Shown here one piece after another: positions 1 to 15,768 of a stretch of 64,000 nt of DNA. The DNA comes from Utricularia gibba (lineage: Eukaryota; Plantae; Magnoliophyta). The notes beneath the pieces are model-generated. The model ran no database searches and was not told the DNA's origin. It was given only the letters and a program-made list of their open reading frames with translations. The position numbers and the translations under genes were made by a program. The DNA lies in assembly GCA_002189035.1 (NCBI GenBank), contig CM007991.1, positions 4,340,001 through 4,404,000 of the forward strand. The letters are read 5' to 3'. Positions within the stretch are counted from its first letter, which is position 1; each line of letters opens with the position of its first letter.

Positions 1-1251
1 TTCATCAAACACCCCCATTCCCAATGAAATGACAAAAACTCACTAGCAACAACCATTTCACCAAAGAAAAGCTAGCCACCTGAGAAAGATGTCGATCAGA
101 CAGAAGAGAAAGAAATCCTAGAACAAACAGGGACACGTAAAGGATGTTAGGAAATGAACCGTGATCTGGTACTTAAGTGGAGACGTTAGGAAGGATATCC
201 AGTATGCTTTCTAAAATAATCACGCGAATAACGACACGTGGAGAGATAAGCGAAAAGGACAGAGAAAATAACATGGAGCGCAGTGTCCGATCCCAATCCC
301 TGACTTCTGCAACCCTTCCCAATAAACCAAGATATTCTAGAATACGAAAAATATAATATATAATAAGTGAAAAAAAAACATGCTATCAAATTAAAAAAAA
401 CGTAAAAAAAAATGGTTAAAATATTTATTGGGCTTTGTAAATTGCATTAGCGACTAATTGGGATTACAAACCCGTTTATCACAGTCCAATAAGACAATAT
501 TTGCCAAATGTTTTGATAATTATTCGATTTACGAACATCAACAAATGTTATTGCAAACGATTTTTGCCCAAAATGTATCAATCATGAAGTTTGTTCCCAA
601 ATGATCAACCATCCAAATCTGGACCTCATAGAAGTGATTACCTCTAAACTTAGCTTGAAATTATCCTGAAAAATTACAAAACATAATTTTTTGTAAAAAA
701 ATAAAATTAATGTAAAACATATAAAAACCATTTCAAAACATAGGAAAAAACTAAATAAAAAAGATATAAAATAACCCAAATTAGTTATAAAAATCCAGAA
801 TATAAATAACAAAATGTCTCTTGTCACCCATCAAAACTAAAATTAAGTCAGTTCAATAGAGTGGCACTCTCAATTACTCTATATCAAGTGTGGTAAAAAA
901 AATCAGCTTGAAAGCTTGCAAATAAATATCTCTAATCATGTGTCAAATGCATGCTAAGCACATGTCTCACGTGAGAGGTGACATAGGTGATGATATCATG
1001 TCACCTCATATTCCTGGAGGCACATGCTTAGAGGCCAAAGCACCTCACACACAAAAAGATGAGCAATAGTTGACAGGAGGCAATGTATGAAAAAGAACTA
1101 TTATTAATTCTATTTTTTTAACCTAGTATACATATATTTTTTTAAATATATTTAGGTCATTTATTTGTGACCATCCACTACTTTTTCATCATTTGTCCTT
1201 TTTCTTGGACATCAATTTGCATGATTGTTAATTATGTCTTCTTCCTACATT

Positions 1252-1440
1252 TCAAATCGAAAAGATCTTGTTTGGTGTAATGGTAATGTGCAAAATTCTA
1301 ATGATTTCAACAAGGTACTCAAAAATCGTTTCAGATTCATAAAACATCCTGTTGGAATCCATAGAAATGTAATAGCTTGTTCAAAATGTGCAAAAGATAT
1401 TAAGAATGAGATAAGGGAATTGCGTGCAAAAAAAGGCTAA
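1252..1440 (+). mobile_element. hAT-type transposase N-terminal BED zinc-finger remnant
   Basis: Translation RKDLVWCNGNVQNSNDFNKVLKNRFRFIKHPVGIHRNVIACSKCAKDIKNEIRELRAKK resembles the plant hAT N-terminus (RKDPAW..., HLxG...NVxxCxKC..EI). No catalytic domain or TIRs found. Confidence 0.5.
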
Positions 1441-3756
1441 TGCATCCAATAAAATGGATGTCATTCCTCATCTTGATCAAGTAGACGTACTAGATGAAAA
1501 TAAAAATTTTACTTTCTATTAGCGTTCAAATCATACATCCACATCATATGAATGTGGATGTGATATGAATGTTTATAAAAAAAAAAGATGAGGGATTTAG
1601 TAGTGCAAGCCTGTTTTAGATGGATATACAATGTTAGAAATTCTTTCAATGCTGTTAGATATAATCGTCTAGTGCATGATATTAGAAATTATGAGAAAAA
1701 TAGGAAACCTATTGTAGCCATAACAAAAACGACCAAGACCTGAGGACGTATGAAATACCTTATAAGGAGCGAAATGCCCGAGGATATCAAATCAATGAGG
1801 TGAAGAGATCCCAATAAGGTACATAAGCATCACGTGAAATACTCACAAAAGCATGAAGACTAAATGTGTGCTTTGAAAAAAAATTTGGGAATTATTTTTA
1901 GTTCTATTTTTATCAAACATAATTTTATATAAAACACTTCCTATTTCTATTTTTATTTTTGAAAAAAAATAAATTTTGGATATAATTAAAAATGAGATAG
2001 AATTATAAATAATAAAACATTTACTTATACTTTTCATTCTATTTTTACCATTGTATTTTTGAAAATATTTCTATTTCAACAATTTTTCCAAAACACATCA
2101 TAAGGGAAAAGACTCGACGGGCAAAGGGATGTCTCTATGCTAGATGACACATTCAATAAGGCACAAGAATACAGTTTAAGCACAAAAAATTGTCAGAACC
2201 ATTCCATAAAGATAATAAGAGAGGAATGTTCAACAAGTTACATGACATGAATTAAGAATATGATACTCCAACAAGATGAGTGCATTTAACAGCATCAAAG
2301 AGATATTTATAGTTGCAATCTAACAAATAGAAAATAAATAGTGATATCAAACGAAACAAGTTCTTAAATAAAAATTTAAATATGATGTTTTTACTCTATT
2401 TTTAATTGAGAGTAATGTTCTTATCAAAAAGTTTTTTAAATGATTTAAAACTAAATTTTCTTATTTTGTTATTTTTTTCTTCAATTTTCTTCTTCCTGTA
2501 TTCTTATCGATTGTTCTTCATGAAAGTTATGTGCTCATAGTATTCTCCTTCATCTTTCTTGAAAATATCTTTTTTCTCTTCCTTTCTCAACTTATGGGAA
2601 TTCATATATATTACATTCTCTTATTTTTCAATTTTTTTCTTTTTAAACTTTCATTTTGCTATCTCTGCTTTATGATAGACTTAGCTATGCATGGATTTTT
2701 CAGGATGTGACTCCATTGGGTATCCTATAGTACTTAAATAAACTAGATTAAATAAAGATTAGGATATAACCATTAATTTAATCCCAATTTAGAGCAAAAT
2801 AATAAAACTATGCTAATACATCAAAAATACCAAAATTTACATGAAAATCCTAGTTTTCATAACAAAAAATATATATTTATCTAACTAAAACATCTAATAA
2901 TTATGTGGCATCATTTCCCTAGTGGATGCACTCCTTGGGACATCCCATCCAGGTAAGAACTTGCAAGAATTGCCAATCCGTTTTGAATCAGAGGACCCAT
3001 CGAACATTCTAGCCCTCAACTAAGACCCTCCAATCATCTCTTTGTATGTGCAAATATGCATGGTTCATCAAGCGTTGGTGGACCAGAGAAGCTTATGCAT
3101 TAGTCGTCCAACTCGAGATAACCACAAAGGATTACTTGTGACTTGAGAGGGTGTTTGATCACCAACCCCTCCAACGAGTTGGGCATGGGAAGTTCATCTA
3201 AATTGATGTATGTATGGTTGTGGTAGTGAACTTTTTTTAATTGATTTTATAGAGCTTTTATGAAATCTAATTATTTTATGATGTTATAGAGTTTAAATAT
3301 AATTATTTTAATTGATTTTTAGAGCTTAAATATAATTATTTCATGAAATATAAAATGAATAAAAAATAATAGGTATTTAAATAAGTAGTTAATTAAACAA
3401 TGATACGAGAACAGCTAACTCTGCCTTTGTGATGGGGATGTATATGCTCTCATATACATCCACATTTGTCATCTTGTTTTGAACACCTTCACAGCAGCAA
3501 GGACCATTTAAGAGAAGAAAATATGTTGCTTATTTTCATTAGTTATCTTCGATAATTTGATTAAATTATTGACTTCAATCATTTTGATAACTTTTAATTG
3601 TAATATCTTAAAATATTGTTTTTAATTACACGTACTTATTTTAAAAATTAATGAAAATATAAATATTATCATTAAAAAAAGTACACTGGAAAACCTTATT
3701 TTCGTATCTAGCCACATTCTTTTCTTTATTTCCAGAAGCGTGGCCATGGGTTGTGT

Positions 3757-5206
<1,450 letters not shown>

Positions 5207-6258
5207 TTATCAACCTGCCTTTATTTTACGAATCTGTGGCTCACATTTACCTGGAACTTGAGACCCACCTTTTTCTCCTGGAAATTAACTGAAAGACACA
5301 TTCACTGCACATCCACAGTAAAAAAAAAAAAAACTTTCCGTTCGAGGAAGAAACTCAAGCTGTATCAGGTGCACAGAAATTTGGTGAAAGAGTATATCCT
5401 GCAACAGTAGCTTGTTGATCAATCACACAACCTCCTTTCCATGATTTTAAATCAATCCTGCAGATTAACTAACACACACAATCTCTTCAGCCGTGTAAAG
5501 GAGGAGGTCACAAGCACCGCATGGGTTCTCTCAGTGGGATTCTAGCCGACAAGTTAGACTCCCAATAAACATAGAAACTTTCTGTTTCTATCTTTGCGAC
5601 GCCTTATGTAGACACTTCATCATCACGGCACCCCATATCCATAGCCATATCAAGTGACTGACTAATGGTTCCATAGTGGAGGCAAGCATCACAGAAAAGC
5701 CACAAACGTGCTACAAAGTAATGGATTAGTTCTTATCTCATGATTGCTACACCCCTCAAGTTCATGGGAGTAAAAACAGGGCTCTGAATCATAATCTTCT
5801 CCATGAAATCCTCAATCGCCAGTCCTATGCAGTCCAAGGTAAAGGAAAATTTAACCGTCAGTGGAATCATTTAACCATCAACCAGGCACTGCACTCTGTT
5901 AATCGGGGTTCAAAACAATGCTGTGGACTTTAGGTGTGCACGCAATGGAAGGGATGATTAAGAAACCAAGCAGTAAAGCGAAAGAGCACACTGGAGAATT
6001 GTGCAGGTTCTATCTTTCATTGATGACTGAAGGGCCCAAGCCAGCTCTGGTCTTCACTTCTCACTAGCAAACAAAAAAGCATCCTAATCAATGAATAACG
6101 AGAGGAAAAAGAGCGTCCCACCTTTTTGAATTCTCATCTTATTCTTCCCCCCATCCCCCAATCCTCTGCTTAATTCTTGCCTTTTTTTTTGGACTTGGTC
6201 ATTCTACTTACCTAGGGTTCTATAAATCCCCAATCAAGGTTTAAGTTGATTTACCAGA

Positions 6259-6654
6259 ATGGCGGAAGTCGGCGGGGGCATGTACCCTAACACTGCGATA
6301 GCCCGACAATCGGCTTCTTCCTCCCATTCCAACGGCTCATTCGGTCCTGTTTTTGCCGTCTTAGCCGCGATCGTCGTCATTTCCGGGGTGGCATGTGTAC
6401 TGGGGCGGCTCTGCGGCAAGCGGCGCAAACGCACGAAGGCGGCGGACGGCGAGGCCGCTCCAAAGAGTGGCAAGCTGGAGAACGGGGTGGGACCTACGGA
6501 GTGGCAGAAGCCGAATTTCTCCGTGAGCGATGGAGATATAGAATTCGGATTCGGGAAGAAACCTCCTTCCGCCAAAAAGGGAGGAGCAAAATCTAAACAG
6601 CAGCCCAGCAATGGCGGACGGAAACCAGACGCCACGTCTGCTGAGAGCGCGTAG
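6259..6654 (+). CDS. Uncharacterised plant single-pass membrane protein, 131 aa, intronless
   Basis: ATG-to-stop ORF containing SHSNGSFGPVFAVLAAIVVISGVACVLGRLCG, a hydrophobic helix followed by a basic KRRKR cluster, typical of a conserved small plant TM family. TATAAAT at 6221. Confidence 0.8.
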   Translation: MAEVGGGMYPNTAIARQSASSSHSNGSFGPVFAVLAAIVVISGVACVLGRLCGKRRKRTKAADGEAAPKSGKLENGVGPTEWQKPNFSVSDGDIEFGFGKKPPSAKKGGAKSKQQPSNGGRKPDATSAESA

Positions 6655-6831
6655 GCATCATCCGTGCATAAAAAGTCAAACCATCCATGAATGCGCCGAT
6701 GAAAACTCGTTTTCGTACACGTGAAAACCGGAGTCCGCGTCTGAAACAGTTTGCAGTTGTAGATTCTTGTTAGGCGCAGACGCAGATCCCCCCTAAGCGC
6801 TTTCTGATTTTGCAAATTAAACTTCACGATT

Positions 6832-6841
6832 GCCACGTGGC
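6832..6841. promoter_or_regulatory. Palindromic G-box/ABRE (GCCACGTGGC) upstream of the DUF1645 gene
   Basis: Perfect 10-bp palindrome with a CACGTG core, about 310 bp upstream of the ATG at 7152. Function is inferred only. Confidence 0.4.
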
Positions 6842-7151
6842 CGCTCCAGAATTCAAATTCGCATCAAATTGCAATTCAAATTTTCTGTTTACTTGGCAGA
6901 AAAGTTTGGCCCTTGGGTGTCGTGGCGGAGTCCCAGTGGTGGGAAGGTGTCTGCGTGGGCAGTGATCAGCAGCTGTGGAGCCAAACAGCAGTCGCTGTTA
7001 TTAGCATTAATTAATTGCCGGCCCACCTAATACCTAATCAAGCGCCTTCAATTGACACGCATTTGATTTGAAGCCCTGCTCTTCCAATTCACTCTCAAAA
7101 AACCAAAATATCCTTAAAACCATTCGCAGGAATCGCTCTTTGTTTCCAAAC

Positions 7152-7824
7152 ATGGATGGTCTGTGCTCGGGAATGAAGACACTCGGAATCGGAGATGGGA
7201 AGGAACAGAGGGATATCGATGTGGAGGAGGAGGAGCAGGAGGAGTTTTCATTTATGTGTGGAGGAGGGGAAACGCCGGCGATAACGGCGGAGGATGCCTT
7301 CCTCGACGGAAAATTGAAGCCCATGTTTCCGATCACCGGCTCGTTTGACAAACTGCTCGTGAGGCCGCCGGTGAAGAAGGTTTTCGTGGAAATCGAAGAG
7401 GTAGGTGCTTCATCGGAGGGGGAAACGTGGATGTTGCCGCAGGGCCGTACTGCGACTTGTCGAGTAGAAAGGCGGTGGAGGTGTCGGTTGGTGTCTGCAG
7501 AAAGAGCAATTCCACGGGGTTTTCGAAGATACGGCGAATCAAGAATTTGATGGAGAGGTCCAACAGCGACGGAAGAGACGCGTTCGTTTTCCTCAGCAAG
7601 AAGCCTCCCCCGCGGCCGCCGGCGCGGTGAAACCAGAAGACAGGAGGCGGAAGTCAGTGAGGAAGGCTAAGAAAACGGCATCGTATTCAGCCCACGACCC
7701 TTACTTGCGGAGCAAGGGAAAGGAGGAAGAGCAACGGCGGACGTATCTCCCTTACCGGGTCGGGCTGATGGGCATCTTCACCAACTTCAACACCGGTTTG
7801 TCGAAAAACATCCATCCTTTCTGA
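7152..7824 (+). CDS. DUF1645 family protein, intronless, with two apparent 1-bp deletions
   Basis: Three overlapping ORFs join into one DUF1645-like protein: EEFSF...AEDAFLDGKLKPMFP / CRKSNSTGFSKIRRIKNLMERSNSDGRDAFVFL / TYLPYRVGLMGIFTNFNTGLSKNIHPF*. The frame changes fall at G5 7418-7422 (or the adjacent A3) and C5 7607-7611. Confidence 0.85.
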
Positions 7825-8429
7825 GCCCCATCTGTCTCCTCCATTCCTCTGGAACGAATTCAGGCATCAGCACTGTACAGTTTGAGTTTCATGTGCTATC
7901 TAGTTCTCTGGAAACTCTCCATCAGCACCACATTATCATCGTATGGAGCGTACATTAGAGGCCCGTTACATAACTCCGCGTGGAAATCGGAACGCGCCTC
8001 GCGCATTCAATGAAGGAGAACTTATTTTAGGCATGCCCCGAGGCATCGCACGCACATTCGCAAACAATACTCGAAGACAAGAAATTTTGCATTTTTACAT
8101 TTAACCACCCAACTCCTCCGATCCTCTGACAACGATAGAGATCTGTAATGGGCAATTTTAAGGTATAATGTAACGCTTTGTAGGTAACTGCGACGCTAAT
8201 TGGATTGATTGGAAAGAGATTGAAAAAGCAAAGAGTGCAGAGGATACGATGATAGGTATACTGTCTTAAACTTGAAACTGAAGCCAATGTTGGAGAAACT
8301 AACAAGCACCATGTTGTTCAACAAAAAGAACACAGTAAAACGTCCCTAACACAAAAGGAATACCAGCTATAGAATCAAATTACAATACCACGAGATAAAG
8401 AGCTCCACCCAGATGATCACCTCAGATTC

Positions 8430-9592
<1,163 letters not shown>

Positions 9593-11221
9593 CTACGTTT
9601 TTCAGAGAACCCTGCATACGATGACAGAAAGTATTGGTTCACACCATCCATGCCATAAAAATAAATCATTATACTTCATTCACATTAGCAATATTGCTGC
9701 GACCATTCCACGGAAACAAAACGAAGGAAACTACTGAATCAATTCCAAACCGTTAGATCATGTGTATAAGAATCAAATCCAGGACAACCCACCGGATATT
9801 CCAGAATACCCAGAACACACAAACATTTTTTTCTGAATATGAAATTTTCATTTGAGATCGAATGCCAGGGACACCGGATTATTTCGGATCAGAACACGAT
9901 CAGCGTCATAAATCAGAGCAAAACATCAAACATAGAACACACATTAGCGAAAATCCAGATCTCTCGCTGGCACGCCAACAAAGCCTCGGTAACAAACAAT
10001 CAAACGCCGAAAGCTCAAAAATCTATAGATCTAACGGCAGCATTCACGATCTGAAGAAATTACGCAGCGGTGACGACAGATCCGGCAAGACGAATACCTG
10101 CTTATTGCCGACGCTAATGAAGGAATGCCGAAGTTTCTCGGGCCACTGACCTTTTCTTAAATAACAGCTTTGCCCCTTGTAGGATCTCACCTGTAAAGAA
10201 ACTCCAGCCGTTGGATGGCCGTGCTGACGGAGAGGAATTTCAAATTGCCACCGGGCTCATCTTGGGCCACTACATACATATATAAAGCGAACCATGAGAA
10301 ATGAGTACCTTGGATCTCCTTAAAGAAAATTAGCTATCCACCTTCTCAAATCAATGCTATTGGTAAAATGCTTGAGTTTAGTACCATTTACCTAAACTTG
10401 TACAATTATACTTTCAAATTTTTAAAATTTCCTAAGATTCAAAAATAGTATACATTAAATATTTTCAATATTAGATTTATTAATGTTAAACAATACTATG
10501 ATTTATTATCATTTAAGATTTATTTTCAACAATTACAATGAAGTTTAGCAATATCTAAAAAGTAATATATTTTAAAAAAGAATTATGTTCAAATATTTGT
10601 AACGAATCTTAGTACTATTTCAAAATAATAATGTATAATTTTTAAATATTATTTTTAGATACTTAAAAAAGAAGTGATTAATTTTTCAATTTTTTTATTT
10701 ATTATTTGAAAGTTAGCATTATACACATTTTTGTAATTGCCATGCATGGTATTTCTTTTATATTGAATGATTATCAAATAATGTAATAATATATATTATG
10801 AAGTGATAAAAATTAAATTGATTTGAGAAAATTAAATTTTTTCAACATTTTTATAATAATAAAATATTAAATGGATTTTATGATTTTTGAATAAAATATT
10901 CTAAATTATTATCACAAAAATTCTAAAATAAAAATGATGAATAATCGTACTAAGAAGAAAACTAGATTGGCATGATAATTAGTGCAAGTTCAGATGGAAC
11001 TAATGTAAATGTCGATTAAGTTTCTGATGATCGTGAGACATTTGCTAAGGAATATCTAGTTGTATGAATCGTAAGAATGAAAGGAGCCGATGAATATGAT
11101 GAATGTCTAAAGAATGAAATTGACATGCTTGAACATTGATAAATAAAAAATTCACATATCTCTTAATATCCAACTCATTAGGGATATGTAGAATTTGAGG
11201 ATGAGTCTTCTTGTAGACTAA

Positions 11222-11365
11222 GTGTCATCAATAATATGTATAGACATACATATTTGTACTTATGTACTTGTATCCAATAATGTGCATAAACATATGTATT
11301 TATATTTATGTACATGTTGTCTATGTGTCATCAATAATGTGCATAGACAAATTTACTTTAAGAAT
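11222..11365. repeat. Degenerate tandem repeat, about 3 copies of 45-55 bp
   Basis: Recurring (gtgt/gtat)catcaataat(a/g)tg(t/c)ata(g/a)aca motif at about 11222, 11270 and 11325. Confidence 0.45.
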
Positions 11366-12479
11366 TTACATCTCACATTATTTGACGTATATCTGAATTT
11401 TTTATAGATATGCTGTCATAATTATTTATTTGTTATATTCAATGAATATGCATTTATGTAGATTACAATCTTTCTCATATCATAAAGTATGAATTTATGT
11501 TACCCATGTATACATCAATACCGAACTTTTAAAATACAAAAACATTGCATCCCATAGATTGATATGAAAATGATATTAAACCTACACATTTAAATATTAT
11601 AAGAAAAAAGAAATAATATTTTATTAAAAAAAGTAAAATTACCTTTTATATATGATAACATTATACATATATAGTTACCAAATTCCATATTGGTATTTAT
11701 TATTTCTGATATTAATTGTGAATGTGAAAATTAAATGGATTCTCATCTATATAATATAAGCAATAAGATTCTTCGAATTGTAGATTGTATAATGAAGTTT
11801 TTATATTTATTGTGATATCTTATTGTATAAATCATTCACCCAACATTCATATGACATCCATCGTATATGTCTTTAATATGCCACGACTTTGTGTCATTCA
11901 AAATATTTTCGCTCTTTTTCAAAAGTGCACTACATGTAAATTTATATTTGATAATTATTCTTGAATTGACAACAATATAATTTTACTTGTTGTATTTCTT
12001 CATTATTCATGTTAGAGTGTGATGATGAACATCACATAAAATACAACTCATTGCCTTTATATAATTTGTTATTATGATGGTCTACCTATAAAAAATTATA
12101 TTATAAAAACATTATCTCTTTATAATTAATGAATTTAAAATATACCTAATTGTCTCAAAATCATAAAGCGAAGCTTGTATTTCTTTAATAATATCAACAA
12201 GATAGTAAATTCAGCTCAATCTAAATGTTCTAAAATGAAAAACGTTCCCTTCTCTTTATAGAGGGAAATTGACCAACAAATGATGAAAAGTTAGTTGATC
12301 GACCACCAACCGCATGCTTTATTTTTTTTATTTTTAATATTGTGAGCCTCATGTAGAGGGATCCATATTTTATTTACATTAAAAAATAAGTTCACCGAAA
12401 TTTCTACTGGTTGTCAACGTTTTCACTTGCAGAATCAATAAAAGTGACTTCAAAGATTAAATAAGTATGACATGTTTTG

Positions 12480-14000
12480 ACTTAGAAAGAGCTACTGGTT
12501 GTCAATGTTTCTTCTTTCTTTCTTTCTTTTCTTTTTTTTTTCTTTTAAAGGTTGAGATAAGAGGAAGCTGTGGTTTCGCTCAGGATATTGTTGTTCCCTT
12601 TCCCTTAAATACGAAGTATGGACTAAGCACCCCTCCTTCTTCCTTTTGGGAATTCTTCTACTTCTATGAGCGATCCCATAATTTTCTTTCTCTCAGTTCT
12701 CTATTATCTACACATGCTCTTTTGTTATATACTGTTTTTCAAGACTTAGGTTTCATTGCTTTTTAGGTGATGATGCTTTTCTGACCCCCTAATTTATGAT
12801 ACTCGTTTCCCTTGACAACCAATATACCATGAAAGAACAACGCATGCCAACTTGCATAAAAAAAAATCTTGAATGCACTAATTTGACTACATTAAACATG
12901 CTGCTATCTCATGAAAGTGATCAAGGGAAAATGCATGGTTACTGGTGTATAAAAGGCTATAACATAAATCATGCATTTTGTACATCATGGAAGAGCATCA
13001 CATTCTTGTAAGAAAATTCTCCAACAGTACACAAAATGCTCCTGATCACAACACCTATTTACTAACTTATTCCTAGTTTAGACTAATGTTGTAAAACAAA
13101 AATAAAAACAAAACCAATACAATGCAGCGATTTTACTTGATCAGGGAGAAGTCCTACACTCTATGTTTCAGCTCTTGTACCTCCCACAACAAATCTCCAA
13201 GACTATCGCATACCATATCCATTCTTTCTTTGCAGTATCAATCTTTCGCATTTTTTAGTTTCTCTAATCCCACGGAGGTGCTTTCTTTTTCCTTTAGATG
13301 TGGTGCTTTACCGCAAATCGCTGCAAGAGACTTAAAAACAAAACCTCCTCCTCTAGCTTGAATTAGGCCAGCAATTTTAAGAAAATGCACACTCAACAGA
13401 GCTTTTTTTTCTAACTCAGAAATTGCATAAGAGCGCAACCTTTTGAGTAAGGAAAGTAACTACATTACCGAACCTAAGATGGTTTATGGTGTTCCTTCGA
13501 TAATCCCTAGTCATTTGCTCCGCTAAAATTGCTCCTAGATTCAGGAGTTTCTTGTGCAACAAGCACCACTTCACAAAAAAATTACGTTTATACATAGAAT
13601 TATATTCTAAGATTCTACCAAAAAGCGTAGTAGAAACAAGCAGGTCAACATGTCGCATAGTAGGGTCCATGAATAAATCAGCTTTCATCCTCTTAGATTT
13701 AAATTCTATGACATGTTGATCAATCAGAATTCCATATTTCTCCTCAGCATTAAAGTCATCAGGATAATTAAAGAAGGAAGTGGAAAATTCATGCGATTCA
13801 GCATGCTTCTCTGAACATAACCTCAAAACTACATTCCATTCAGCAATCATAAATGAAAAATTCTTTCCAAGCAGTTTAAATGTAATGGCTGATGGTGCAC
13901 TCTAGTTTCTCATAACAAAAGGTAGAGGCAACTCCGTACATCAACTCAACATAACAGGGGTAGTTCATATCACACTGTGTAAGCAGCGCATATTTGTCCA
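12480..14000 (-). mobile_element. Truncated Athila-type internal fragment (accessory ORF C-terminal half plus 3' non-coding region)
   Basis: ORFs 13850-13416 and 13438-13238 (AEWNVVL...MKADLFMDPTMRHV; FLKIAGLIQARGGGFVFKSL) parallel 17663-16701 (AEWNVAL; SLKVAGLIKVQGSGFVFRSL). Non-coding 12520-13120 also parallels about 16030-16700 (e.g. ctaagcac.., agactaat..). Confidence 0.75.
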
Positions 14001-14779
14001 GAATTGAGTAAACTTCAGTAACTATCACTAATTCAGTAACTATCTCATAATCTATAATAGTGGTGCGTTTGGTTTCGAACTATCGGTTGCAATTCAAAAC
14101 CAGATCTGAGATTTGTGAACCAAACCGTAATCGGAATCGATCAGTTATTGTTTGAATTTGTTTCCTAGGCACCTATATGAACTATTGTGGATGTCTGACA
14201 ATTAAGTTTTAAAAATTATTTTTTTTATATTTTGATATTATCCAATGGTATATTTAATAATATTCATTAATTAATAAAATATTATGTTAATTTCATTGGA
14301 TATATTATGTTAATTTATAAAATACCTTAGTTTATATTACTTGATAAAATATCACAATAAAGTACAAGTAAAATTAATATAATTTGTAACTTAAATGAAT
14401 GAAATAATCATTAAAATTATTAAATTATTAACATTTGAATATATATATGATAAAATTAAATTTTTTAAAATAAATACAACAAAATTACAAATCATATAAA
14501 ACAAATAAAGTTATTATTTATATATTTATTTTTTAAAAATAAATATTTTTATATAATTTTTTTAAATAATATCTTGTAAATATTGTGTATTTTTTAATTA
14601 AAATCAAAACATTATCTATTTCATACAGTTTTTTAAAATTTTATTTATTTTAAAAACCAAAAGTAAAAATGATTAAATAGATTAGATTTATAAACTTAAC
14701 ATCATATATTTCACACATGTTTTGCGAAATTGTTTTCAGACATCCTTAACAATTATCAAAGGTGTCCAAACAAGATCCT

Positions 14780-15768
14780 AGTCACTCTTAAGAATGGATT
14801 AGAATGTCAAGAAATTCGACAACCACAACTCTAAAGGGCACGCTGTCCAGGCATGCTTAGCATAGCTTATGCATGCCCATAAGTAATTAGATGCACCCTT
14901 AGAAATCATTATACGTGCCTCGGAATTGATCTCGAGGATCATTATTCAATAGAGCATATTTCACAAGATGAAAATGAGAATTTAATGAATTCAATCCTAA
15001 CAACGACATAGTTGTCTTTTAAAAAAAATCAACAATGAAAGTATTTCAACTATAACATAATTGTCAAAAACAATTATGAAGCATAGTTTTATGTTAAGTA
15101 TGATAGCATTAACATAAAACAACGAAAATGTTAAAAACATTGTGAAAGAGTTGCATGTAGAAAATGAAAACATCAACAAACTAAAGTAAAGCAATAAGAG
15201 TTCAGTTTTCCGTTTGCTACTGTTCCCTGGTCGGAACAATAGCACTGGATTGGGTTCTGATGTTGTTCTTGAGGGTGAAGTCCTTCTTCTCCTCCCCAGG
15301 TTTGTGTTCTTCATGTTGGAGTTGGAGGAGAAGCCCCATCGGGTGCTCTCCGTGCTCCCCCCCCCCCCCCCCCCAGCTGCTTGTTTGTTACCTCCGTTCT
15401 CTCTCTCCTTCTCTCCTTCTCCAAAAATATCTTCCCTCATTTACTCCCACGCACTGTTCTTGACACTAGCACTGTTTTCTGCCTGAACTTGTAGATTGCA
15501 AGCAGCAGGGCAGTGCTCTTTGTCCCTTGCAGCTTAGTGACTTGCACGAAATTCAAATTTCTTCCTTGACTTTTGAGTTGCTGCCAAACTCCGAAATCGA
15601 GTTAGACATGGGGTGGACTAAATCAAAGGATTTAGCCCACTAATACACCAAAAATCATATTTTCCCTAATCAAGTAAAAATACTAAAAACTATAAAATTA
15701 ACATTTAAACATAATTAAAAAATTTATGATTTTTCATATCCTAAAACATGAAAATTTGTGTGTTATCA
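14780..15768 (-). repeat. Athila-type LTR (partial)
   Basis: Begins TGATAACAC on the minus strand at 15768. 15100-15768 is highly similar to 24906-25557, including the poly-C tract. 14780-15100 is LTR-like but does not match the right LTR, so the left boundary is uncertain. Confidence 0.75.

Noticed and set aside
1864-2100. Possible small MITE (ATGTGTGCTTTG...CAAAACACATCA, TAA flanks)
   Set aside because: The TIR alignment is offset and imperfect; too weak without a repeat library.
5531-5626. C-box (GTGATGA) to D-box (CTGA) spacing of 96 nt on the minus strand, snoRNA-like
   Set aside because: Weak terminal stem, no clear C'/D' boxes, and I could not match the putative guide to any rRNA or snRNA I know. 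An Rfam/snoscan search would be needed.
6234-6836. 200-aa antisense ORF over the small TM gene
   Set aside because: It mirrors a GC-rich sense ORF, starts at a non-ATG codon and has no recognisable motif; a shadow ORF.
7152-7824. Calling DUF1645 (and likewise the PG, NHL and ankyrin genes) pseudogenes
   Set aside because: All lesions are single-base losses in G/C homopolymers with no nonsense codons, so assembly error is more parsimonious.
14063-14778. Tourist-like MITE between the two Athila parts (GTTTGG...CCAAAC ends)
   Set aside because: The ends match only over about 6-7 bp and no TSD could be confirmed.
14997-15486. ORFs of 67-147 aa within the LTRs (also 24878-25276)
   Set aside because: They arise from poly-C/poly-G and low-complexity LTR sequence; not genes.
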